DNA of 64,000 nt from a virus. The DNA lies in the IMG/VR virus record IMGVR_UViG_3300017955_000001, positions 16,634 to 80,633 of that record; one strand, given 5' to 3'. Every line of letters begins with the position of its first letter. Within the stretch, counting starts at the first letter, position 1. The notes under the pieces were generated by a model. That model did not search any database and was not told the DNA's origin. It saw nothing but the letters and a program-made list of their open reading frames with translations. Shown here in pieces: positions 8,706-17,647 of this stretch. A program made the translations under genes and the position numbers.

Positions 8706-11700
8706 GTGATGTCTGACGACGGCCACGAGCCGAACGACCCGGGGCCGCCCGACGACGGGTTCGTGCCGCTCTCCGCGAAGGAGTTCCAGGCCCTAGTACA
8801 GGGACTCAAGCCGCGACCCGCCGAGGCCGAGCCGGAGACCGACCCGGCGCTCACGCACCCAGCCGCCTCCTCGATGTCGCTCGAGGAGCGCCTCGCCGCC
8901 GCCCAGGCCGAGGGGCTCGCGCCGAACCTGCGCCGCCAGCTCGCGTTCGTCGGGGCCGACGAGCGCGTCTTCGAGTTCCAGGCGCTCGGCGTCCGGCGCT
9001 ACCCGAACGACTCGTTCGACAAGTCGCGCGCCGCCCACGCCAGGAGTCCAGAGGACGCCGTCGCGCTCTGCGCCGACGCCGACGGTTGGATCGCGCACGG
9101 CATCTACCTACTGCCGGCGCGCCTGCGCCCCGGCGTCGAGACCCGGCACGTCGCGCCCGGGCGCTGGTACGACATCCCCAAGGGCGGCGGCACGACCGAC
9201 TCCGACGTCGAGTCGAGACTCATCCTGGCGGTCGACTTCGACGTCAAGCGGTCGAGCGCCATCTCCGCCACCGAGGAGGAGATGCAGCGGTCGGTGCGCG
9301 TCGCGCAGAGCGCGTGGAGCTTCCTCGCCCACCACCTCGGCGAGTCGTCGCTCGCGTACCTGCACTCGGGCAACGGGCGGCAGATCCACGTCGCGCTCGA
9401 CTCCATCCCGGCGAACGACGAGTCGCGGCGCGCGATGTCGGGGCTGCTGACCGGCCTGGCGCACCTGTTCAACACGGACGAGGTCACGGTCGACGAGAAG
9501 CTGTCCGACGCCAAGCGCATCCTGCCGGCGTGCGGCACGGTGAAGAAGAAGGGGGCGCCCGGCGTCGACGAGCGCCCGCACAGGCGCACGGCCATCGTGA
9601 CGCCGGAGAAGCCGACGCGCGTCTCGCTGGAGAAGATCCTCGAGCTGGCGCGCGCCATCTGGGAGGGCGCGACCGCGGAGGGGCGCGCCGCCATCGAGAA
9701 GGCGTTCGGCGTCAAGCTGCAGCCGCCTCCCCCCAGCGTCGTCTCGGCTATCCAGCCCAAGCCCGAGTCGCCGTTCGCGCAGGCCAACGACGTCGACCCG
9801 CAGCAGGTCGCCGAGTGGCTCGGCCTCTACAACGCGCGCGGCGAGGTCGTGTGCCCCGGGTGCGGGGAGACCGAGGGCGTGTCGGTAATCAACTACGGGC
9901 TCAAGTGCCACCACAACCGGTGCAAGGACAGGGGCAAGGGCGGGTTCCGCACCAACATCGACCTCGTCATGGAGGTCCAGCACACCTCCGCGAAGGACGC
10001 CGTCGTCGCGATCAGCGACCGGTTCGGGCTGAACCTCGTCGTCGGCGGACCAACCCACACGCAGACCGCAACCGCGCAGCCGTCCACCACCGAGCAGACG
10101 GCGGCAGCCGAGGAGCAGCAGAAAAAGAACCTAGAAGAGTGGTTCCCGCCTCTCGGCGACCGACTCCGCGAGTCGGTGTCTCGCGCAGTCCGGCGCGCTA
10201 ACGGAATCGAGAAGCCGGTACCGCTGCCTTGGGATCAGCTCAAGGAGCACTTCGGCGGCGGCCTCTGGCCCGGCGTCCACGTCCTCTGCTCGGGCACCGG
10301 CGTCGGCAAGACCGCCGCGGTCCTGCAGGTGTGCAAGCACGCCGCCGAGAACAACGTGCCGACGGCGTACGTGGGCCTCGAGATGGACGACATGCAGTTC
10401 GACCTACGCGTCGTCGGGGAGGAGGCGCACATGCGGTGGAGCGACCTCTACACAGGGCAAGTCAACAACGACACCCTCATGAAGGCCGCCACCGTCGCCA
10501 TCGACATCGTCAAGAAAGAGCTACCGCTCCACCCATTCAACAGAAACCCGATGGAGTGGCCCGCGAGCAAGCTGCAGGCGCTCGCCGTCGCCTTGCGGCA
10601 GAAGTACCCCGAACCGCCGTTGTCCGAGAACAAGATGACCGGGGGTCCTGGGTCGAGGCCCCTCCTCATCGTACTCGACTACCTGCAGATCATCGGGCCC
10701 GAGGAGGGCGAAGACGGCAAGTACAAGACCCTCGACCTCAGAGAGCGCATCGGCCGCGCGGCCTACGCGATGCGCGAGGTGGCAACGGCGCACAACATCG
10801 CGATCCTCGTCGTCGCCTCGGTCGCGCGCGACAAGTACGGCCTCTGGCCGATGGTGATGAACGCCGAGCTGCAGTGGGAGATGGACGGCACGAAGGTCGT
10901 CGGCCGGCGCGTCGGTATCCCCGACATCCTCGTGGGTCTCGGCAAGGAGAGCGGCGAGATCGAGTACGGCGCCGACAGCGTCAGCGTCCTCTCCCGCGTG
11001 CCGGACACGTACGTCGACGGCCAGGGCGAGAGCGTCGTCTTCGTCACCGCCAAGGGCCGCGCGACGGGCGCGCGGTGGACCCCGATGCACTTCACGGGCT
11101 TCCGGTACGAGCCGGCCCGCGACGGGGGCGAGGCGGTGCTCGAGGCCCTGCAGAGGGCCGACAAGGGCAAGGAGCAGAAGAGGGCCCAGAAGGAGGAGGA
11201 CAAGCGCCGGGCGGAGGAGGAGGTCGCCCAGCGGCGGGCCTCCGCCGAGGCGTCCAGGGAGCAGCAGCGCACCCGGGACCGGGACGCCTGCCTGCGCGTG
11301 GTCTCCCAGTACCCCGGGATCGGGTCCCGCCAGCTCCGGGCGTCGATGGCCGCCGTGCTGGGCGGCTGCGGCAAGGACCGGGCGGACGACGCGATCACCT
11401 ACTGTGAGAACGTGTCCCACACCATCACCATCGACCGGAGCAACCCGAAGGACCTGAAGCACTACCCAGCGGGGCGTCCTGCCCCGTACGGGGAGCCTCC
11501 CGATGGGGATCCGTCTACCGATCGGTGTGTGATGTCCGGTCCGAAAAAATCCCCCATACCCCCTATGTGTGGCGCGCCACACGCCACACCGGGGGGAGTG
11601 GCGGAGCCACAGAGCGCCACACCCGCCACACCCGCCGTAAGTGACGGTAACGACGCAGGGAACGTGTGGCGCGAGCCTCCAGCCACACCCGCCACACCTC

Positions 11701-11993
11701 CCCCACCGCGCGTAAGTAGCGAGAATGACGTGGAGACGGACGCCGACGCGCTGTTCGAGCTGGACGAGTCCGAGTGGCGGTCGTTCACCTCGGCCCGAGG
11801 GTGGTCGGTCAAGCGCACCGGCGCGGCCCGCAGCCTGGCCAAGCCCCGCCAGGACCGGGCGCGCGCGGACGCCGTCGCGCTGGGGCGCGCCGCGGCCCAG
11901 GGGGAGGACCCGCGCGCCTGGGCGACCGAGCGCGGGTGGGACGACGCCCGGATCCGCGCGGCGTTGCGGTTCGTGCCGCCTGAGAGGGGCTAG
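8706..11993 (+). CDS. Primase (AEP/RepB-like) - Zn finger - DnaB-like SF4 helicase fusion
   Basis: AVDFD, HSGNGRQIH, DAKRILPACGT primase motifs; CPGCG...CHHNRC; SGTGVGKT Walker A, LIVLDYLQ, GEIEYGAD. Confidence 0.85.
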   Translation: MMSDDGHEPNDPGPPDDGFVPLSAKEFQALVQGLKPRPAEAEPETDPALTHPAASSMSLEERLAAAQAEGLAPNLRRQLAFVGADERVFEFQALGVRRYPNDSFDKSRAAHARSPEDAVALCADADGWIAHGIYLLPARLRPGVETRHVAPGRWYDIPKGGGTTDSDVESRLILAVDFDVKRSSAISATEEEMQRSVRVAQSAWSFLAHHLGESSLAYLHSGNGRQIHVALDSIPANDESRRAMSGLLTGLAHLFNTDEVTVDEKLSDAKRILPACGTVKKKGAPGVDERPHRRTAIVTPEKPTRVSLEKILELARAIWEGATAEGRAAIEKAFGVKLQPPPPSVVSAIQPKPESPFAQANDVDPQQVAEWLGLYNARGEVVCPGCGETEGVSVINYGLKCHHNRCKDRGKGGFRTNIDLVMEVQHTSAKDAVVAISDRFGLNLVVGGPTHTQTATAQPSTTEQTAAAEEQQKKNLEEWFPPLGDRLRESVSRAVRRANGIEKPVPLPWDQLKEHFGGGLWPGVHVLCSGTGVGKTAAVLQVCKHAAENNVPTAYVGLEMDDMQFDLRVVGEEAHMRWSDLYTGQVNNDTLMKAATVAIDIVKKELPLHPFNRNPMEWPASKLQALAVALRQKYPEPPLSENKMTGGPGSRPLLIVLDYLQIIGPEEGEDGKYKTLDLRERIGRAAYAMREVATAHNIAILVVASVARDKYGLWPMVMNAELQWEMDGTKVVGRRVGIPDILVGLGKESGEIEYGADSVSVLSRVPDTYVDGQGESVVFVTAKGRATGARWTPMHFTGFRYEPARDGGEAVLEALQRADKGKEQKRAQKEEDKRRAEEEVAQRRASAEASREQQRTRDRDACLRVVSQYPGIGSRQLRASMAAVLGGCGKDRADDAITYCENVSHTITIDRSNPKDLKHYPAGRPAPYGEPPDGDPSTDRCVMSGPKKSPIPPMCGAPHATPGGVAEPQSATPATPAVSDGNDAGNVWREPPATPATPPPPRVSSENDVETDADALFELDESEWRSFTSARGWSVKRTGAARSLAKPRQDRARADAVALGRAAAQGEDPRAWATERGWDDARIRAALRFVPPERG
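11567..11697. repeat. GCCACAC iteron-like array (candidate replication origin)
   Basis: Six direct and two inverted perfect heptamers plus two 1-mismatch copies in 131 bp, including the 16-bp palindrome GTGTGGCGCGCCACAC. Confidence 0.75.
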
Positions 11994-12710
11994 GGCGAGC
12001 GCCCGGGCGGGAGCGTGAACTCCGCCCTGACCTCGTCGCTGAGGGTTATCCAGAGCGACGTCGAGGCGACCGGCCGGGGACCCAGCACCGGGTGCAGGTC
12101 CTCGCCGCGCACGACGGGTCGGTAGAACAGGAGCGCCACCAGCCTAGCGAGCGATGCGGACCGGTGCGAGAGGATGGCCCGCGCCGTCGCGTAGCCGGTG
12201 CGCATCACGCGCAGCTCCTGCTCGGTGAGTTGCTCGACGAACACGCGCTCGAAGGCGAGCGCTCGCTCCGGCGGCGGCGGCCACGGCGGCTCCGCACCGC
12301 CGGCCTGGACGATGGCGCGGCAGAGGGCGGCCGCCTCCATGAGGTCCTCGGACGCGGGCCCGCTGCGCGCGCGCCGCAGGACCATCATCTCGGCCGCGAC
12401 GCCGCCGGAGCGCGACGACGAGGCGGCACCAGTGCGCCGCGGGCTGGGGCGCGGCCGACAGCCATGCGTTGCGCACGTGCCCGCCCCTGCCGCCGTCGCC
12501 GCTGCTGCGCACGTTGACGGAGAGGACCTCGGCGACCGCCGTGCAGTGCCAGGCCAGCAGCGCGTGGCCGGCCTCGTGGACCACCACGGAGGGGTTCACG
12601 GCCGGCGGCGGAGTCGCTGGCGGCGGGCGCGACGGGCGGAACAGCGCGACGAGGGCCGGGACGGTCGCGGTCAGCGCGGACGCGGCGAGGGCGGCGGCTA
12701 GCGGGGTCAC
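11990..12710 (-). pseudogene. Peptidase M41 (FtsH-like) Zn-metallopeptidase domain with an N-terminal hydrophobic anchor, frameshifted near 12407
   Basis: VVHEAGHALLA; removing one C restores VVALGGVAAEMMV...GPASEDL. Confidence 0.7.
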
Positions 12711-13126
12711 TGCAGGACGCCGGCGACTCGCAGGACGTCGCGCGCGCGCTCGTAGGAGCCGGGCGCGTTCCACAGGCGACTCAACCCAGACGGGTGTGGG
12801 AGCGTGACGTAGCGGAGGAACCCGACGTACTGCGTGAACGGCCGGAACGAGAAGCCGAACGCGCCCGTGACCCTCGCCCCGAGCATGACGACGACGCCGC
12901 CCTGGTGGGACTGCTCGATCTCGGCAGACCTGAGTCGGGCCTCCTTGATACGCCACCGCGTGGCGCAGAGGTTCACCCGCTCGAAGCGGTCGAGGTACTC
13001 GCGGTCGGTGAGCCCCATGATCTTCTCGCAGAGCCGGTGCCCCGCGCAGCCGCGAGGGTAGGGGTAGAGCGCGTAGTCCGGGTCGCCGCCGTACGGGTTC
13101 GCCTCGCCGACGAGCAGCGGCTTCAT
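12707..13126 (-). CDS. Uracil-DNA glycosylase superfamily protein
   Basis: LLVGEANP (motif A-like) and LPHPSGLSRLWN (motif B-like). Confidence 0.7.
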   Translation of the reverse strand: MKPLLVGEANPYGGDPDYALYPYPRGCAGHRLCEKIMGLTDREYLDRFERVNLCATRWRIKEARLRSAEIEQSHQGGVVVMLGARVTGAFGFSFRPFTQYVGFLRYVTLPHPSGLSRLWNAPGSYERARDVLRVAGVLQ

Positions 13127-13461
13127 CACGTCCGTCTCGTGTGACCGCAGCTCTCGCACCGACCGTCCTCGCCGACGCTCCACTTAGCGCGCTCCTCCTC
13201 GGTGCAGTCGCAGAACAGCTCGGGGGCCGGCGCCTCGTCGACCAGCCACACGACGGTCTCTACCGAACCGCCGTCGGAGTCGAACTGCGCCTCGTGGTCC
13301 ACGCCCGACACGACGCCGCAGAACGGGTGGTGCTTGCCCGGGTTGACGCGCGGGTGCCATAGCGTGAACCGGTCGCCGACGCGCGGCAGATAATCGGCGT
13401 GGAACTCGCCGAGGTCCTCGCCCTCGTCGTTGTTCGGGACCTTGATGGTGTAGCTAGGCAT
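13126..13461 (-). CDS. Hypothetical protein with a C-terminal Zn ribbon
   Basis: FCDC...CESCG; coupled stop/start. Confidence 0.65.
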   Translation of the reverse strand: MPSYTIKVPNNDEGEDLGEFHADYLPRVGDRFTLWHPRVNPGKHHPFCGVVSGVDHEAQFDSDGGSVETVVWLVDEAPAPELFCDCTEEERAKWSVGEDGRCESCGHTRRT

Positions 13462-13933
13462 GCTCTTCTCTCCTCCAGTCCTTCCTCCGCAGCCCGCGGA
13501 CGATCCGGCTCACGCTGGACCGGTGCAGGCCCGTCTCCCTGGCGATGCGCGTGAAGCTCATCGTCCCGGCCAGCGCCAGGACGCGCTCCACGTGGTCGGT
13601 CCGGCGGTGGCCGGTGAAGCGGCTGGGCGCGGTGCCGTGGACCTTCTTGTCCGCCTCGTTGTGCTCCTTGAGCTTCCACTCGAGGTTGTCGAGCTGGTTG
13701 TTGCCCTTGCGGCCGTCCTTGTGCGCCGCCTCGTGGCGTGGCGACGGCGCGGGCCCGACGAACGCCTCGAGCACGGCCTTGTGCACGAGCAGCACGCGCG
13801 GCGTCTTGACGCGGGCGTAGCCGCTGTCGCTCAGGTGCGGCTTGAGCACGCGCCCGCCTCGCCGGACGCGACCCTCGCTCGACACCTCGTAGCGTGGGTC
13901 GAGGCGCGCGGGGAGCCACCGCTCGGCGGTCAC
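13454..13933 (-). CDS. NUMOD4-HNH homing endonuclease with a C-terminal HTH
   Basis: W...RYEVSSEGRVR; VHKAVLEAFVG...HKDGRKGNNQLDNLEW; IARETGLHRSSVSRIV. Confidence 0.9.
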   Translation of the reverse strand: MTAERWLPARLDPRYEVSSEGRVRRGGRVLKPHLSDSGYARVKTPRVLLVHKAVLEAFVGPAPSPRHEAAHKDGRKGNNQLDNLEWKLKEHNEADKKVHGTAPSRFTGHRRTDHVERVLALAGTMSFTRIARETGLHRSSVSRIVRGLRRKDWRREEHA

Positions 13934-14334
13934 TCCGAAGGCTCCAGGTGCTTGCCTATCTGTTCACACGCGGGGCAGGCGCGCCCTGGGGGGCACCTAC
14001 CCTCCCTCATCTTCCTGTCGCCCCACATGACCACCTTTGGCGCTTCAGGACGGAAGGCGGCGTCCGCGTTGTCGCCAGACGCCTGGAGGGCCGCCTTGCC
14101 GATGCGGATCACGGCGCGCAGCGCGTCGCCGGCCTCGTCCTTGTACCGGTCGTCGTCCCAGGCGTAGGGGCCGCGACCCTCGGTGACCCACATGCGCGAG
14201 GCGGCCTCCCGCACCATGCGGTCGATCGCCTCGGCGAGGCCGGTGCGGTCTCGGTGGATGAGACCCCTCAGTCGCTCGACCTCGATGCGTTGGCCCTCAC
14301 GCTCTGCGTGGGTAGTCAGGAAAAAGTCTTTCAT
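13930..14334 (-). CDS. Hypothetical protein
   Basis: MKDFFLTTHAE..., TGATG coupling to the helicase gene. Confidence 0.6.
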   Translation of the reverse strand: MKDFFLTTHAEREGQRIEVERLRGLIHRDRTGLAEAIDRMVREAASRMWVTEGRGPYAWDDDRYKDEAGDALRAVIRIGKAALQASGDNADAAFRPEAPKVVMWGDRKMREGRCPPGRACPACEQIGKHLEPSE

Positions 14335-16109
14335 CACCCGATCCCCTCGTCCTCTAGCCAGTCGGAGAACCCGCTGTCCTCGTACTGCGGCGAGTCGTAG
14401 GACGGCCCGTCGTCGACGGGCACGTCGTCGACCGGCCTGTCGTCCATCGACGCGTCGAACGCCTCCACGGTGCGCTCCATCGCGGCCTGCACCTCGGACA
14501 CCTCCTCGGCGGCCGCCGCCTCGCTCAGCGCCTGCTCCTCTCGCTGCGCCTGCTCCTCTCGCTCCGCCTTGCGCCGGAGGCGCCGCGCCAGCAGCTCCTG
14601 CCATAGCCCGTCGGTCGCGAAGTCGTTCTTTATCTTCTCCGACCAGTGCCGCGGGGGCCACGCGCCGTAGTGCTCCTTGAAGAGCGCGCTCGCGAACCCC
14701 GGCTTGAACCCCTTGGACTTCGCCGTCACGACCTGCCGCCAGAAGAACGCCCACTTGAGCGCCTCGGGCTCGGTCTGGCGCTCCCTCAGCTCCGCACTGG
14801 CGTCCTCCGACAGGTCGGGCGCCCCGCGCGGCAGCTCCGCGCCGCAGTGCGGGCAGACGGTCTTGCCCAGCTCGACGTAGGCGCCGCACGCGGGGCACTT
14901 GCGCATCGGCGCCTGCCCCTTGGCCCGCTTCGGGCGCTCGGTGAGCGACCACTGCACGTCCTCGAACGGGCAGCCGAGCCGGTCGAAGTTGCCGGCGTGG
15001 TCGAGCAGGAGCGGCACGACTCGGTTCCACGGGCGCATCTCGCGCCCCACCGTCTGGCGCCAGAGGGTGACGCTCTGGGTGGGCCGCGCGTGCACGACGC
15101 ACTTGATCGCCGGCACGTCGAGACCCTCGACGGCGACCAGGCAGTTGGTGACCAGCTCCAGCCGCCCGGACGCGAGGTCTCGCAGCATCGCCTCGCGGTG
15201 GCTCTCCGGCGTGTCGCCGTCGAGGTGCGCGACGCGGACGCCGGCCAGCTCGAACCGGCCGGCGAGCGACAGCGAGTGCTCGACGTTCACGGCGAAGAGG
15301 ATCGTCCGCCGGCGATCGCCCTCGACGAGCTTCTGCGGGACGCGCGCGCCCGCATCGGTGAAGACCGGGTGCAGGTGCGCGCGCCGCAGCCAGTGCTCGA
15401 CGACGTTGCCCTCCAGCCGCGAGGTGCGCACGACGTCGCCGAGCTGGCCCTCGTCGAAGTCCGCGCCGGACTTCCTTACCTTCGAGACGTCGGGCTGCTC
15501 GCTGCCTGCGAAGCAGTCCGGCGCGACGAGCCAGTCGGGGTGCTTGAGCAGCTCCCCGTAGGTCGCGACCTGCACCAGCTCCTGGAACAGCTCGCCGCCG
15601 AGCGGGCGGCCGTCCAGGCGCACCGGCGTGGCGGTGAAGCCGATCACGATCGCGTCCGGGTACGCCTTCAGCAGCTCCACGTACGAGTCGCTCGCGGCCC
15701 GGTGGGCCTCGTCCACGATGATGATGACCTGCTTGCCGAGGAACGGCTTGTCGCGCCGCGCGAGCGTGGAGATGCTGGCCACCTGCACCGAGGCCGACGG
15801 GTCGTAGCGCGCGTCGGCGCCGCGGATGACTCCGACGTGGGTGATGCCCTGGTCGGCGAGCTGGCGCACGCACTGGTCGATGATCTCCTTGCGGTGCGCG
15901 ACGAACAGGACCGGCAGCGTCGCGGTCCGGATGATGTTCGCCAGGATGAACATCTTGCCGCTGCCGGTGGGGCTCACGCAGAGCAGGCGCGTCACGCCCA
16001 TCAGCACCTTCGCGCGCACCGAGACGATCGCGCGCGACTGGTAGGGTCGCAACTTCTTGGACAGCGCGGCGGCCGAGAGCGCGGGCGACTCGAAGAGCGG
16101 CAGCGTCAC
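14334..16109 (-). CDS. SF2 (RadD/YejH-like) helicase with a Zn finger
   Basis: LRPYQ, SPTGSGK, DEAH, TATP, EGLDVP, QTVGR, CPACG..CPHCG. Confidence 0.92.
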   Translation of the reverse strand: MTLPLFESPALSAAALSKKLRPYQSRAIVSVRAKVLMGVTRLLCVSPTGSGKMFILANIIRTATLPVLFVAHRKEIIDQCVRQLADQGITHVGVIRGADARYDPSASVQVASISTLARRDKPFLGKQVIIIVDEAHRAASDSYVELLKAYPDAIVIGFTATPVRLDGRPLGGELFQELVQVATYGELLKHPDWLVAPDCFAGSEQPDVSKVRKSGADFDEGQLGDVVRTSRLEGNVVEHWLRRAHLHPVFTDAGARVPQKLVEGDRRRTILFAVNVEHSLSLAGRFELAGVRVAHLDGDTPESHREAMLRDLASGRLELVTNCLVAVEGLDVPAIKCVVHARPTQSVTLWRQTVGREMRPWNRVVPLLLDHAGNFDRLGCPFEDVQWSLTERPKRAKGQAPMRKCPACGAYVELGKTVCPHCGAELPRGAPDLSEDASAELRERQTEPEALKWAFFWRQVVTAKSKGFKPGFASALFKEHYGAWPPRHWSEKIKNDFATDGLWQELLARRLRRKAEREEQAQREEQALSEAAAAEEVSEVQAAMERTVEAFDASMDDRPVDDVPVDDGPSYDSPQYEDSGFSDWLEDEGIG

Positions 16110-16348
16110 GTCGCCACCGCGACGACGTCGAGGATCTTGCCCATGATGCGCGAGGCCGTCTTGGCCCGCATGCGCCGGCCCGGCTTGAGCAGCCGGCGCA
16201 CCGTCGACTCGTGCTCGCCGATGCGCTTGCAGAGCGTCCCGAACGGGATCCCCCCTGATCCGCCGCACACCCTGCACGGGTCGGCCCAGCCGCCCGGGCG
16301 GTGGACCAGTCCGCGGACGCAGCCGGGCGCGTCGCAGGCGACGATCAC
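16106..16348 (-). CDS. Zn-finger plus HTH protein
   Basis: CDAPGC...CRVCGG; TLCKRIGEHESTVRRLL. Confidence 0.6.
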   Translation of the reverse strand: MIVACDAPGCVRGLVHRPGGWADPCRVCGGSGGIPFGTLCKRIGEHESTVRRLLKPGRRMRAKTASRIMGKILDVVAVAT

Positions 16349-16509
16349 GCGCGTCCCTGGAGCAGCGTCCTCGCTACCGCGCTCACGTTCACCGGCATCC
16401 CGGTCCGCTTGCTCTGCTTTTCCGCGAGCTTCTCCAGTTTCTCGAGCAGCCGCTGCGGCACGCGCAGCCCGAGGTAGACCATCCGATCCTTCTTCTTGTC
16501 GACGGGCAT
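16345..16509 (-). CDS. Ribbon-helix-helix DNA-binding protein
   Basis: MVYLGLRVPQRLLEKLEKLAEK...VSAVARTLL, Arc/CopG-like pattern. Confidence 0.75.
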   Translation of the reverse strand: MPVDKKKDRMVYLGLRVPQRLLEKLEKLAEKQSKRTGMPVNVSAVARTLLQGRA

Positions 16510-16535
16510 GTTGAACACCGATAACACAAAATGGC

Positions 16536-16564
16536 TTGCTGTGCTCGAAAGAGCGGCGTACGTT
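16536..16564 (+). promoter_or_regulatory. Rightward sigma70-like promoter in the divergent control region
   Basis: TTGCTG-17 nt-TACGTT in an AT-richer intergenic gap. Confidence 0.45.
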
Positions 16565-16613
16565 GCGGCCAGTTGGGTTTGGTCTGAGTCGGTTTTGACA
16601 GTGGAGGTCTCGG

Positions 16614-16967
16614 ATGTCGGACGGCAAGAGCGCCGCGCCAGCGGGCAGCGGCGCGCCTTCGGGGAAGCGCGACTGGGGTAAGTGGCGCGACTACCGCGCG
16701 ACGTTCTCAGATCGCTCCGACGCGGAGCTGGTGGCGTGCGGGACGTGCGGTCGCCCGTGCGACAAGGTCGGCTCGAAGCACCCGCGCTGCGACGGGTGCT
16801 GGGAGGTAGAGCACCGGCTAGATTCGTATCTGCGCGACGGCGGGGACGCAGCGGCTGCCGTCCTGATCGATGCTCTATCGGGGACTTCTCCACCGTCGGA
16901 CGGGCCGTGCGGAGAGTGTGGTCACCCGCATCCTCTCCTCCACATCAAGTACAGGAGCGCGTCGTGA
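16614..16967 (+). CDS. Zn-finger hypothetical protein
   Basis: GGAGG SD; CGTCG, CDGC, CGECG motifs. Confidence 0.65.
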   Translation: MSDGKSAAPAGSGAPSGKRDWGKWRDYRATFSDRSDAELVACGTCGRPCDKVGSKHPRCDGCWEVEHRLDSYLRDGGDAAAAVLIDALSGTSPPSDGPCGECGHPHPLLHIKYRSAS

Positions 16968-17647
16968 GGCGCGCCCTGCTGCTCGACACGGAGACGACCT
17001 CGATCAGCCCGCAGGACGGTAAGGTCGTCGAGGTGGCGGCGTGCCTGTACGACCTAGAGCTGGGCTGCCCGCTCGAGAGCTACGCGTCGCTCATCAGGTC
17101 CCCGGACAACGCCGGCGAGAGGCACAACCGCATCCCGGCGGCGGCGCTCGCGGACGCCAACCACGGCATCGAGGTGTGGCGGCGCGTCGCGGAGCTGTCG
17201 CAGACGGCGGACGTCGTCGCCGCGCACAACGCTGAGTTCGACCGGTCGTTCGTGCGCGCGGCCGGCGTCGCTTCGCTGGCGGACCGCGCGTGGGTCTGCA
17301 CGATGGACGACTTCGAGTGGGACTCGGGCAGCAAGAAGCTCGTCGAGATCGCGCTCGGCTACGGCCTGGGCGTCGCGAGCGCGCACCGCGCGCTCACCGA
17401 CGTCGACACGATGGCCCGCATCCTCACGCGGGTGAAGGAGATGGGCGGCGACCTGCCGGCGCTCTTCCGCCGCGCGGCGCGCCCGAAGGCTCTCTTCTAC
17501 GCGATGGTCTCGTACGAGCGGCGGCAGGTCGCCAAGGACCACGGCTTCCGGTGGGACGAGGCCAAGCACGGCAAGAACTGGTTCCGGCACATGGTGCCAG
17601 AGGACGCGGCGGCGCTGCCGTTTTCGGTGAGGATGGTCTCCACATGA
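16964..17647 (+). CDS. DnaQ-like DEDDh 3'-5' exonuclease
   Basis: DTETT, HNAEFD, HRALTD. Confidence 0.92.
   Translation: MRRALLLDTETTSISPQDGKVVEVAACLYDLELGCPLESYASLIRSPDNAGERHNRIPAAALADANHGIEVWRRVAELSQTADVVAAHNAEFDRSFVRAAGVASLADRAWVCTMDDFEWDSGSKKLVEIALGYGLGVASAHRALTDVDTMARILTRVKEMGGDLPALFRRAARPKALFYAMVSYERRQVAKDHGFRWDEAKHGKNWFRHMVPEDAAALPFSVRMVST

Noticed and set aside
14646-16514. 622-aa plus-strand ORF and the 13930-15873 alternative frame
   Set aside because: Both are shadow frames of the helicase; only the last 134 codons of 13930-15873 look like a real gene.
16595-16600. Perfect TTGACA as a promoter -35
   Set aside because: No acceptable -10 at 16-18 nt spacing; the same applies to the minus-strand TTGACA at 45327-45332.
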